DNA of 64,000 nt, from assembly GCA_963749915.1 (NCBI GenBank), contig CAVVOP010000008.1:448001-512000 (forward strand), read 5' to 3'. The DNA is from an uncultured cyanobacterium. Lineage in GTDB: Bacteria > Cyanobacteriota > Cyanobacteriia > Cyanobacteriales > Cyanobacteriaceae. The notes beneath the pieces are model-generated. The model saw only the letters and a program-made list of their open reading frames with translations. It searched no databases and had not been told where the DNA came from. Made by a program: the position numbers and the translations under genes. Positions 10,539 to 21,600 of this stretch are shown here, piece by piece. The stretch's first letter is position 1. Every line of letters starts with the position of its first letter.

Positions 10539-11864
10539 CTACTGATTTTCGTTGATTTTAACCTCATCCTCAAAAGGGTGATCTAATTCATCCATTGGAT
10601 TTTGATTATCTTCCTCAGAGGATAATTCTTCTAAAGCGGCATTTTCAGTTTCTACTGGTAAATCCGTTAGGGTTTCGATAATATCTTGTGCAGGAATATC
10701 TTGAGGATAGATTTCCTGAGATAAATCTGTATCGGTATTTTCTGGTAACAATTCGATTTCTCCCTCTTGGGTGTCGTCAGATTCTAAATCCGTTAACAAG
10801 GAGGTGTCTTCTTCTTTGACGTCCGATTCTAAGGGAGTATCAGCTATAATTTCTGTTTCTGGGGTGGAAATTTCCACAGATGTTTCTATAATCTTGTCTG
10901 TCTCTGGTGAGGTTTTGGGGGTTTTTGTGCTATCTTCAGGGATATTATTATTAGATTCTGGTAAATCGGTATTTACCATCGCATCTTCCACGTCCGTCTC
11001 CGTAGTTTGAGGCTTAATTTCTACAGTATTTTCTTCTAAACTAGAATCTTCAAGGGGTTGTTGTTGAGAAACCGGTTCCTGCGGTTGAGGGGTTTTCGGA
11101 GGAGATGGTTTACGGAAAATCCCCAAAAACTTGCTAAGAATAGTGGCTTTAGGAGGGGAGGATGGTTTCTTTTCTGAAGATGATTCCGTTAATCCTAAAG
11201 AATCAATGTCAAAATCATCTTCAAGGATATTTTCTTCTTTGTTCGTCTGTTGATTAACAATTTCTTCAATGATGTTGTCTTCCTGTGGAGAATCATCCTT
11301 GGGGGTATCACTAACAATTTCTTCGATAATATTTTCTACTTTTTGAGAAGTAGCAATGTCAGTAATAATGTCTTCAGCAACTGTGGCAGATTCAGTTTTT
11401 ACCTCAGAGGAAACATTTTTTTCTGAATCCGTTACTTTTGTTTCTTCGACAACATCGATTTTTTCCTCAGTCTCAACTGGTTTATCGGTTTTTGTTTTAC
11501 TGGTAACAGACGGTTTTGGTTTTTTAAGGGTTAATTGAGAGAGTTTATCCAAGGAACCCGCAATCAAGCTTAATAAGGAAACTCCTTGTAAAACCGCCCT
11601 CGATTGCGAATCGGCAATAATAGTTTTTCTTAGTTGACGATTTTCCCAAATAAATGCGATGGCCACTGAGATGATAGCTAATTGTCCTAATAAAACTGCT
11701 CCCGTTATTCTACCAGCACATACCCAAAGAGTCAGGGCATAAAATAATCCTAACCCACTCCATAAGAAATCATCCTGCCGATGAATTTTCGGACTAATAA
11801 AAGCATTCAAATATAGTATTAGACTAATAATAGCCATAAGAGTGGCGAGAAAGTAAGCTAACAT
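10539..11864 (-). CDS. ycf66: Ycf66 family membrane protein with long acidic tail
   Basis: N-terminal PKIHRQDDFLWSGLGLFYALTLWVCAGRITGAVLLGQ; D/E-rich low-complexity C-terminus. Confidence 0.8.
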   Translation of the reverse strand: MLAYFLATLMAIISLILYLNAFISPKIHRQDDFLWSGLGLFYALTLWVCAGRITGAVLLGQLAIISVAIAFIWENRQLRKTIIADSQSRAVLQGVSLLSLIAGSLDKLSQLTLKKPKPSVTSKTKTDKPVETEEKIDVVEETKVTDSEKNVSSEVKTESATVAEDIITDIATSQKVENIIEEIVSDTPKDDSPQEDNIIEEIVNQQTNKEENILEDDFDIDSLGLTESSSEKKPSSPPKATILSKFLGIFRKPSPPKTPQPQEPVSQQQPLEDSSLEENTVEIKPQTTETDVEDAMVNTDLPESNNNIPEDSTKTPKTSPETDKIIETSVEISTPETEIIADTPLESDVKEEDTSLLTDLESDDTQEGEIELLPENTDTDLSQEIYPQDIPAQDIIETLTDLPVETENAALEELSSEEDNQNPMDELDHPFEDEVKINENQ

Positions 11865-12043
11865 TGCTTGTTCTCCTTAGATATATTTATTTCTTCTGAT
11901 TATTATACTTGAAGGAGTTAATTAACAATTAGTAATTAGCAATTACCCGTCAATTATTAACACTCAAAGAAAAAAAACATCTACAATGAGACACGGTGAC
12001 TAAATAAGCTAATCTTTAAAAAAAAGCCGATTTCCCGTAAGCC

Positions 12044-13093
12044 ATGACACAAGAAACCAATCAAAAATCAACAATTCCTAATTATTTCGTTTCTCCTGGT
12101 GGTAAAATCCACGCTCAAACTTGTCGTCATTGTCAGCATGAGAAGGAGGGGTGGCAAAGATTAGGTTCTTTTACCAGTGGTATTGAAAAAGGTTATCAAG
12201 CCTGCCGTCTTTGTTGTCCTTCAAATGCTGAAACACAAAGTTTACCGCCAGATCCTATCATTAGTGTATCAGATATATTAGTTTCTGAGGAAAAAATCTC
12301 TACTGCAACTCCTTCAGAAAAAGATAAATCTGCTAACAAAAACCAGACTAATTCCGACAAAACTGACAAAATTAAAGATAAATCTACCCAGACAAAATCT
12401 CAGCAAAAAACTCCCCAAAAATCAGCGGAAAAAGTCGAGAAAAAACGTTATAAGATTTTAGCAGGCAATGGGTGTCATCAGGCGATCGCCGAAGTACAAG
12501 GTATATTGGTACCTCCCAGCGAACCCGAACAACATTTCATCTTAATTTTGCCTGATGGATTTCAAATAGAAGTAACTTTTAAAACCCCCAGATTGTATTG
12601 GATTGCCCATAATCAAGACAAAATCTTAGGATCTCACTGGTTTAGAGGTTATCCAAAAATGAAGGATGATAAGTTAGTTAGTTTGCAAATTATTGCATGG
12701 GATAAAAATATGCCGACTAATCCTAGGGGTTTTGAAACTTGGGAATTTACGGGGGTATGGACTGCTCAAAAAAATATCACGGTACAACGCTCAATGATGA
12801 TGGAAGATGTCCGCAAAATTGCCAAAGAAACAGGGTTTATCAAGAAGTTTAAATATACTTTTACTAATAGTTTTGAGTGGGTAAAAAATAAAAAATTATG
12901 GATGGGATATGTTTATAAAGTTTTGTGTCAAAGGAAGGGTGATACTTTAGAAATAAAAAAAGTAATTCCCTATGCTTGTCCTAGATTTAAACCTGATCCT
13001 AAAGGTTTTAATAAAAGAGATGATGGTAAAAATAATTATCATAAAGCAGAGAAAAAAGATTTTAGACCAGCATATAAAAAACCTAAAGATTAA
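12044..13093 (+). CDS. Hypothetical protein with N-terminal Ada-like Cys/His metal-binding motif
   Basis: GKIHAQTCRHC...GYQACRLCCP, Lys-rich linker, globular C-terminal domain. Confidence 0.7.
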   Translation: MTQETNQKSTIPNYFVSPGGKIHAQTCRHCQHEKEGWQRLGSFTSGIEKGYQACRLCCPSNAETQSLPPDPIISVSDILVSEEKISTATPSEKDKSANKNQTNSDKTDKIKDKSTQTKSQQKTPQKSAEKVEKKRYKILAGNGCHQAIAEVQGILVPPSEPEQHFILILPDGFQIEVTFKTPRLYWIAHNQDKILGSHWFRGYPKMKDDKLVSLQIIAWDKNMPTNPRGFETWEFTGVWTAQKNITVQRSMMMEDVRKIAKETGFIKKFKYTFTNSFEWVKNKKLWMGYVYKVLCQRKGDTLEIKKVIPYACPRFKPDPKGFNKRDDGKNNYHKAEKKDFRPAYKKPKD

Positions 13094-13109
13094 AGAAGGC
13101 AGGAGTTGA

Positions 13110-13214
13110 AAGGCAGGAGGCAGGAGGACGGTTAGCGGGGGATTTAAACCCAATTGGGCGAGACAAAAAGGGTTTTTTCGTGGTCTAAAAATTTTCCCTC
13201 CTGCCTCCTGCCTT
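13110..13214. repeat. STRR-derived 18-bp inverted repeat (REP/MITE-like)
   Basis: AAGGCAGGAGGCAGGAGG (13110-13127) is the exact reverse complement of 13197-13214; followed by a GCCCGAAGGGC mini-hairpin. Confidence 0.8.
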
Positions 13215-13287
13215 GCCCGAAGGGCAGTTAATTTGCTGATAAAGAATAAAATACCCTATTCCTTATATCGTTAATTATTCATTGTTT

Positions 13288-15105
13288 ATGGCTTCTTTTA
13301 AAGATCTAATTAAGTATTATGATGACTATAAATTAACAGTGTTTTTAAGCATAGGTGCGACAGGTTTATTTGAATTAATTGATCTTATTGTGCCTTATTT
13401 AATTGGGCAAATACTCAATGTAATATCGGGACAAAAAATAGACAATTTTTTACAAATTACTGTTACTAATATCGGTAATATTGTTAATGTTAATAGTAAT
13501 CAAACATTATCTTTAACGGTTTTAGTAACGATAATTTTTATTATTACCGTAGTTAGAGCACCAATTCAGCCCTGGATTGGTTCATGGTTTCACTGGGAAA
13601 TTACGCTCAAAACTCGCAAAGATTATTCTCAAAAAGTGATCGAAAAAATCCTGAGTTTACCTCTGAGTTTTTATGACGAAAATAATCCCGGTAGAATTGC
13701 GGGGAGAGTGGCTAGGGGTATCGCAAATCATACATGGACTTATCCTGAAATTGCGGGGCAATTATTACCTAAATTAATCAGAGTTTTAGGAATTTTTTTC
13801 GTTATTCTTTTATTAGAAAAAACTATTGCCATTGGCTTTATTCTCTCCTTTGTTTCAATTTTAATTTTTACTTTGATACACCTCAAAAAATTAATTAAAC
13901 AGGAGGAATTGTTAGATAAACACCAAGAAAATACTGAAAGTAGAACATCAGAAATTATTACTAATATTAAAACTGTCAAGGCTTTTGCCACCGAATCTCA
14001 AGAATTAACTAGACAAAAAAAAAGATTAAATCGAGAATATAAAGTAGTAATTAATCGCATCCATTTGGGCTATATAAAACTGGCTACATGGTCAAGAACT
14101 ATTGTGCAATTATCCTTATTTTTGGTCTTTTTATCTATCTTAATTCCTACAGTAAAACAGGAAGTTTCCATAGGTCATTTCATCACCATTTATACGGTGG
14201 CAAGTATGGCTTATGCTGAAATTGAACCCATTAGCACATTATCAGAAGTTTTTGCTCGTCGCTATGCTTCTATGATTCGATTCCACGAATTTATGAACTT
14301 ACCCTCAGGAAAAGATGCCTCCAGTTTAAAGCCTCAACATTTAACTGAGAATTCTCCCTATCAATTTAAAGGCAAAATAGAGTTCAAAAATATCTCTTTT
14401 GGCTACCATGATAATCGTTTAGTTATTGATAATATTAACCTATTAATTCAACCCTATGAAACTGTGGCTTTGGTAGGTAGATCTGGCTCTGGAAAATCTA
14501 CTTTAGTTAAACTTTTATATCGTTATTTTGAACCTTTGAACGGAGAAATTCTACTGGATGACATTAATATTAACAACCTTGATATTTCTGCTTATCGTCG
14601 TCGTTTAGCCATTGTACATCAAGAAGTTGATATGTTTAATGGTACTATTTTTGATAACTTAATTTATGGCAATCCTCATGTTAGTTTAGATGATGTAAAA
14701 CAGGCTTGTTCCATCGCCAGAGTAGATGAATTTATCCAAAATTTACCAGACAAATATTATGCGATTGTAGGGGAAAGAGGGGTAAGATTATCAGGAGGAC
14801 AAAAACAGAGATTAGGCATCGCAAGGGCGTTAATCATGAATCCCGATATCTTGATTTTTGATGAAGCAACATCTAGCCTTGATTATGAATCCGAGAGAGA
14901 GATTCAATTGGCAATGCGATGGATTTTTGGGACTCGCACTACGATAATTATCGCCCATCGTTTAAGTACTGTAAGAGAAGCAGATAAGATTGTAGTATTA
15001 GATCAGGGAAAAATTGCAGAAGTTGGTAACCATGAGGAGTTGTTGGCGACTAAAGGAATATATCAAAAGTTACACTCTTTACAAGAAAGCGGGGATTTAT
15101 ATTAA
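13288..15105 (+). CDS. ABC exporter, fused permease/ATP-binding protein
   Basis: TM domain; GRSGSGKST Walker A; LSGGQKQR signature; IFDEATSSLD. Confidence 0.93.
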   Translation: MASFKDLIKYYDDYKLTVFLSIGATGLFELIDLIVPYLIGQILNVISGQKIDNFLQITVTNIGNIVNVNSNQTLSLTVLVTIIFIITVVRAPIQPWIGSWFHWEITLKTRKDYSQKVIEKILSLPLSFYDENNPGRIAGRVARGIANHTWTYPEIAGQLLPKLIRVLGIFFVILLLEKTIAIGFILSFVSILIFTLIHLKKLIKQEELLDKHQENTESRTSEIITNIKTVKAFATESQELTRQKKRLNREYKVVINRIHLGYIKLATWSRTIVQLSLFLVFLSILIPTVKQEVSIGHFITIYTVASMAYAEIEPISTLSEVFARRYASMIRFHEFMNLPSGKDASSLKPQHLTENSPYQFKGKIEFKNISFGYHDNRLVIDNINLLIQPYETVALVGRSGSGKSTLVKLLYRYFEPLNGEILLDDININNLDISAYRRRLAIVHQEVDMFNGTIFDNLIYGNPHVSLDDVKQACSIARVDEFIQNLPDKYYAIVGERGVRLSGGQKQRLGIARALIMNPDILIFDEATSSLDYESEREIQLAMRWIFGTRTTIIIAHRLSTVREADKIVVLDQGKIAEVGNHEELLATKGIYQKLHSLQESGDLY

Positions 15106-15433
15106 AAAAAAGGGTTATCAACAGTACTTCTAAACTATTACTCATCCTAGCTCAAAACTAGAAAATATCGACAGTTAATAAAACAAAAGATAACTTGATC
15201 TGCCTGTGTTAAGCAAAACCCCCCCCTTTTTGAATAACGCCAAGACTCCTATGTTAAAATCAGAGTCTCAAGGGATCGCTAAATCGCTGTTCAAAAATAA
15301 CTTTATCAGTAGAAGTGTTGTCTCAAACCGCCGACTACTCTTGATTTTTCAAAAGTGTGAAGTTATTTCTAAACGCCCCCTAACTGACAGAAAATCGAAG
15401 GGAGACGTAAACCTTTGAATTGGCGAAGAGAAA

Positions 15434-17337
15434 ATGGAGAAAAAATCAATGGATAACAGACTTTCTAACAAGGATAATCGTTTCGATCTGCTTCTAGATG
15501 ATATCGAAATATCTCCGCAAATCCAGAAAGTAATCCTTTGCGCATTTAACACTTTTACGGAAGGGAAGGCACTTTCAGACCGGATAATTGACAATCCCCA
15601 TCTTGGTAAGACAGAAGAACAGATGGCATATGGCCTGAGACCCTCAGTAGCTAAGCGGGTCATCGAGTTCCGGGGAACCCTTCCTGAAAAACAATTCCAA
15701 AGCCTATCAGAGATTTTGGCAGTAAAAGGAATCGGCAAGGATACTTTCGCCGATATTGTTTATTCCTTCCGAATTATGCCAGCAGTAACCAAGGCTTTGT
15801 TTGTGCTTAATGCAGAACGAGATGCCAAAACATTGGCCAAGCTGGTGTTAGATCGTAAGAATCTAAACAGCGAAACTGCTGGGCTGATCCAGGAGCTTGC
15901 CTCCAACATCATTGAATTACGAGATACCCTTCCCGGGAAGGTTTTTACAGACTTGAATCAGTTAATGGCAGCTCCAGGAATCACGAAGGAAACGGTACAG
16001 GATATATTCTTTACCTTTAGCCAGGAGGTCTTGAAGGGGGACCAGCCCTTTGTGAATGACGAGACCTTCGTTCGAGCTAACCTCGCGGTTGCTCTGGCAC
16101 CGTTCCTGTCCATGGCACCGGAGAACGAAGCTACTCGCATCCTGGGAAGCGATCCCATCATCGATGCCATAGAATTCCTCAGCGGGGGACTCGACCCCGA
16201 ATACATAGAATTTCTCAATTCTAAGCTTACCCTCGCGATCGCACTGGATATTGTCACCCTGGAAACCCGTGTGGGCGAGCTTGTCTATTTACCTCAAAAG
16301 ACTGAAGTCACTACCGCTATCCCTGACAGTGTGAGAGATCCGGCCTCCATCCCTGGGGCACCAGTGGAATATAGCTGGTTCACCATGGAAGGACCTACCC
16401 TGCTGCAATCGCCCGGTCCGCTGAACATCCGCCTATTGATAGAGGGTAAATGGTCGCCCTTCTTTACTTATGACGATCCCATCTCGGTTGAGCCAGTTAC
16501 TGGCGGGGTGAGGATTCGAAAATTCTTTGGCGGCCCTCTGGGAGTCCTCGGTAATGCGAGCAACCTGACTGAGGAGGATACCGAGTTTCTGATTCCACCG
16601 TACGGTGCAGGTAAAAGGACTCAAAAAAGGCAATGCAAAACTGACCTTGTTTTACCAGAATGAGGGTTGCCAATCCCAGGCAGAATTGCCCATTAAAGTA
16701 GTGATCCGGCGCTTCACCCCAGAGGGAAAAACGAAGGAAGAAAAAAAGGCTCTTCCACTCCTGCAGCATGCCCCAGCTGTGCGAATTAGGAAAAGCACAA
16801 CCCAGAAGATTGATCCCGACAAGCAAAAGGTCGATATTGACCGGAGAAAGGTAATTCTGAAGATGGATCTCGAAGGTACCCTCCGTGATGCAGTAGAAGA
16901 GATCGAAAGTGTAGAGGTTCTCTCTGGGACTACTTTTAAGAAAGCTTTACCCCAAGATCGCGGCGATCGCTTTGACAATTCCAGCTTCAGAGCCGTAGAT
17001 ATTGAATTCTTAGCCCCAGGGAAGAGTTATATCCGAGTCAAATCGGTTAATAAGCTTCAGCGAGAGGGGACAGATACCTTGGAGATCAACGTAAAGCTGA
17101 CAGATTTCTGGAAAAAGATCATCCAAGAGCGAGAACAAGCTCTCGCAGATGTCCTAGCTTCCGGAGCCAGTGAAGGAAGGATCAAGGAGGAAAAACGACT
17201 GCTGGTCAAAGCCCTTCGTTTCGGCGTCGAGGCGGCTGAGATCGCGACCAAGAACCTGGTCCATAGCTCCAACGGAGACAGGACACCCAAGAAAAAAGAT
17301 AAGTTTTCTATTGTCATCGAGGACAATGAGAGAATTG
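15434..17337 (+). pseudogene. Frameshifted, IS-truncated large protein with two helix-hairpin-helix modules and Ig-like beta region
   Basis: ORFs 15434-16663 and 16605-17387 overlap in different frames (+1 shift between 16593 and 16663); HhH motifs LSEILAVKGIGKDTF and LNQLMAAPGITKET; cut at 17337 by the IS end. Confidence 0.65.
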
Positions 17338-18644
17338 GGGAGCATCCCATTTTTGCAATTTTATTTGTGTTGCTTTCAGAAGCATAAAATATTGTCTTAT
17401 TTTAAAAACTTGATACTTTCTTCAGACCGAGAGTAATAATTGAATTATCCACATTTATTTTAAACCTACTTACTAACTATGATTTCTACAATTAACATGA
17501 CTCCTGAAGATCGGTTAGAGTTGGATAACTCTTTGAGAAAAGCTAGTGAGATTCTTTACCGTTATAGTAACGCTGACGATTGTGAGTCTTTTGCCCATTT
17601 GGAAAATCATGTACGTCATCAAATTTTAGAGTTTGTTAGTCCTCAACTCACCCTTTTTTTATCGAGAAGAAAACAAATTTACCACTATCAGGAAGGGTCA
17701 GAACTCTTAAAAGTTGTTTAGGAACTATTTCTATTAGTCAAAAACAAGCACAATATTTGGGAATAGAACCATCAACTCGTTTGAGTCCGTTGCTAGAAAA
17801 ATGTTGTCTTTTACTAAGTGCCAATGAGTCTTATCAAAATGCACAACAAGATTTGTCCATATTGACAGGAATTAAAGTCGGTCATTCGACTTTCCATAGA
17901 AAAGTAAATCAGGTGGAGTTGCCAGATGCAGAAATGAAACAAGGATTATCAGAAATAGCAGTAGATGGGGGAAAAGTACGATTGAGAAGTGAAGTCAAAG
18001 GAGAACCAAGCTATTGGCAAGACTACAAGACAGCAAGGTTACAAGGACTTTATTGTGGAGCTTTTTTCCAATCAAATCTTTGTTTAAGTGATTGGATCAA
18101 CAGTCAACCTTTGACATCACCAATATATTGTTTAGGAGATGGACATGATGGAGTTTGGAATATATTTGAAGAGATTGGAGAGGAAGAAAATCGAGTGGAA
18201 ATTTTGGATTGGTATCATCTGAGAGAAAATCTGTACAAAATGGAGGCACAAAAGTCCATCTTGGAAAAATTAGAAGGACAGTTATGGGCAGGACAGGTAT
18301 CAGAGGCAATTTCATTATTAGAAAGATTAGAACCAACAGGAGGAAAAAAAATGGTTAAATATCTTCAAAAGCATCGGTACCGAGTCATCAATTACGAATA
18401 TTGTCAAAGAGAAAAAATTTGTTCCATCGGTAGTGGAGCAGTAGAATCAGGAGTAAAACAAATCAGTCAAAGAATAAAACTAACAGGGGCACAGTGGAAA
18501 AAAGAGGATGTGAATAAAATATTGCAGTTGCGTTGTGCTTATCTGAATGGTAAATTTGCAGGACTTGCTTAACTGACTACAGATTATCTATCCGGAGCAT
18601 CGTAGGTGATAGCTCTATTTTGGCAAAAAAAATGGGATGCTCCC
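17338..18644 (+). mobile_element. ISKra4-family insertion sequence (complete)
   Basis: 17-bp terminal inverted repeats GGGAGCATCCCATTTTT at 17338-17354 and 18628-18644; AT-richer than flanks. Confidence 0.9.
17497..18572 (+). CDS. ISKra4 transposase, two ORFs joined by a -1 frameshift
   Basis: T7 run at ~17654-17660; -1 frame continues FFIE...GRVRTLKSCLG; DDE motifs VDGGK, LGDGHDG, LDWYHL, IGSGAVES. Confidence 0.88.
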
Positions 18645-21600
18645 AACCTTTATCTATGACCAATTCGGGAGGGTCAAAGAAGAATTAGCCATCAACGGAG
18701 TCAAAACGACGTTTAGCTACGACTTGGGATTTGGGGAAGATCTCACTGGTCTACCTTTGCGTATAAAAACTGGAGATCATTCCGAAACTTATGAATACGA
18801 TGTCATGGGCCGTAGTACCGAGATGACCAACCATTTTGGCTACCCGACGGTGTTCACCTATGACAAGATTGGTCGTCAGGTCACCTTCACCGAAGGCGAA
18901 GGTGGCAAAAAACATGTCACAACCAATGTCTATGACGAACAACATAGGCTTGTCAAATCATTCGACAAAGTAGCGGGAGAAGAACGAGCCTCTATCACGA
19001 AATACGACCAATATGGCGAAACGGTCTCTAGTACAAATCCCCTGGGACACTCCCGCCAAATTCTGAAACGGGATAACCGCGGCCATGTCCTTGAGGTTAG
19101 GGAGCCCGATGGTGCCCTATACCGGGTCGAATCCTTCGATCCCTTGGGCCGACCTAATGGCATGATCTACCCGACGGTGGAAAGGCTGGGAACACAGGGT
19201 CGTTTCCAGACCGAGGAAATGCACGACCTAGTCAAGACCTACAATGATGTTCCTCGAACTCACCGTAACACTGGTCAGAAGGTTACATCGGTCAAGTACC
19301 AATGGGGGCCGAACAGGGTTGTCACCGAGTTCTGGTCATTGCGTGGGGAATTAGTGGCTAAGGAAACGTTGGAAGACGGTCGTCTGCAAAAAATCGTCAA
19401 CCATTACAGTCAACGCTCAGAATTGCTCCAAGTCGATCGCTATGAAGGCAATGCCAATATCGCCACTATCCACAAATACCGCTACGATAACCTGGGTCAA
19501 AGGGTGGAAGAGACTACGGGAACGCTCACGACGCAAATATATACGGATCGAGATCCGGATCTCGGTATCTATGCTATCAGTATTCAACCGAAACAGGCCT
19601 CACAGCAGACTAACCCCTATACTGTTCAACAATACGACGACAATGGCAGACTGATCGCCGGCTATGATGCTGAGGGTACCAAGGTTCTGGAGTATAAATA
19701 CAACGACCAAGACCGAACGATTAACGTCTTCCAGATCGATCCCGACGACAGTATTTTCAAAGACAAACTGGTGGCCATGCGCTTTATTGAACACGATGAA
19801 AGCGGCGACGTAGTTAAAGAGCTCGATTACCGAACCAACAGCACAGTTACCTATGAACGGGATGAGATCGGCAGAATTAAAATGTCCTTCTCCCCAAACG
19901 GGACTATTGAATATAAATACGACAAGCTCGATCGGATTATCAAGGCCATCTCGGAAGTCGATGTTGTTATAGGTAAGATTACCAAAGACAGAGCTACTCG
20001 CAACTTTCAGGCTCCAGGTACAGCGATCGCAAAACTAGAAGTCACCACCAAATATGATGAGATGGGCCGTATGTCCTCCCAAGGTACTGACATCGCCAAA
20101 GAGCTGATCCAGTACGATGGATTAGGAAGGCCGATTCGGATCAGCCGCACCGGAATTGGCAAGGGTCTGGTAGAAGAGGAACATTTCTATGATGCCAAAG
20201 GAGACCTAGTGGGGCGTTCTTTTGGTAAAGACCATTTCTGGAAAGTAGATCGTAATTTTAAAAAACGGCAGGATATCCAGCTGTACTTCAACAAGACTAA
20301 AGGCTACGAAAGGATATTCAATTACAACCGTCTGGATCAGCTAACCGAGATTTTGGACAGCGACAGCTTCTTCAATTACAAAATGCAGTATGACATTAAT
20401 GGCCGCATGATCTCTCACCAGGTTCTACGCAATGTTACCCAAACCCTTTCGCAAGTGACATGGGAGTATAACGGAGGAGTCCAAGCTGACAAAATGTTCA
20501 TTAAAGCCAAGGATATCGATCGCGAAATCCAGTATGGATTCAACCAGAATATGCAGATCACCAGCCTGTCGGATTTTAAACTCAACCCAGAAGGGGAATA
20601 CAAGTTTGAGTTCAACAAAGCAGGCTATCTCAAGAAGATCCAACGACCATCTGATCCCAAGGCGAACACTACCTTCCGATATCACAACACGGGGAAATTA
20701 TCCCAAATGAATCACGCCCTCGGGGAGGGGTGGACGAATTTCTTCAACACCACCATCTTCAAATCAGATTACGACGAATTGGGCAATCCCAAAAAGATCC
20801 AGCATATTCATACCCTGAACTATTTCGATAAGCTGACAGGAGAACAGCATAACAACCAGAATTTCACCCTTAACGAAAATCACACCTACGATAAACGCAA
20901 CCGCCTCACTCGTAGCAAATATGAAGGAGAGGTTCAAAAGTTCCTCGGATACTTCGAGGACATAGGTCCACGTTCGTTATCGAGTATCATCCAGTCCGAC
21001 CAAGATCGGCAATTCTTCTTCGACGAATTCAATCGCAAGGTACTTGAGATCAAACGCGATCGACCAGATAAAAAGAATAAGCCTGACCGTTCCTATTTTG
21101 AAGTGGTCAAGAATTTTTATGGCAATGGCAATGCTATTGAGGAGTCCATTAAAGAATTTTATCTAGAAGGGAGCGATAAGTTTAACCTGGTCGGGCAAAA
21201 GATCATTTACGACGAACTAGGCCGCAAATCCAAGGTAATCGAAACCCTTGTCTTTAATGGCGATAACTCCCGCAAATGGTCAACCATGACCACGTTCGAG
21301 TACGGCATTGACGACAAGCCTGTCAATATTAAGGTCGTTGAAAAGCATGGCCGCTCTATATTTTTGGTGATGGAGACTCAAAACGTCTATGATCCCCAGG
21401 GGCGGCCTGTCCGCACAAGGATGATCCCTCATGGAGAGAGCAAAATTGGCAAGGCTGACGGTGTCGCTACCCTTGCGGGTGACAATGCGGATGAATCCGA
21501 TTATGCCGGCAATTATATCCGCTTTGAGATCGGTGGCCGCAAGACCAACCATTACATCTACATCGGACAGAACCTCACGGCCCTCCTTAACGGAGCTGGT

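Noticed and set aside
10539..11600. Long acidic tail of Ycf66 as a novelty
   Set aside because: Variable low-complexity tails are common in this family.
17479..17721. Separate gene or inactivated transposase
   Set aside because: The -1 frame at the T7 run continues seamlessly into the DDE ORF, as expected for this IS family.
17337..18645. Simple IS insertion into one continuous gene
   Set aside because: Joining the flanks gives an out-of-frame product with an early stop, and there is no target duplication.
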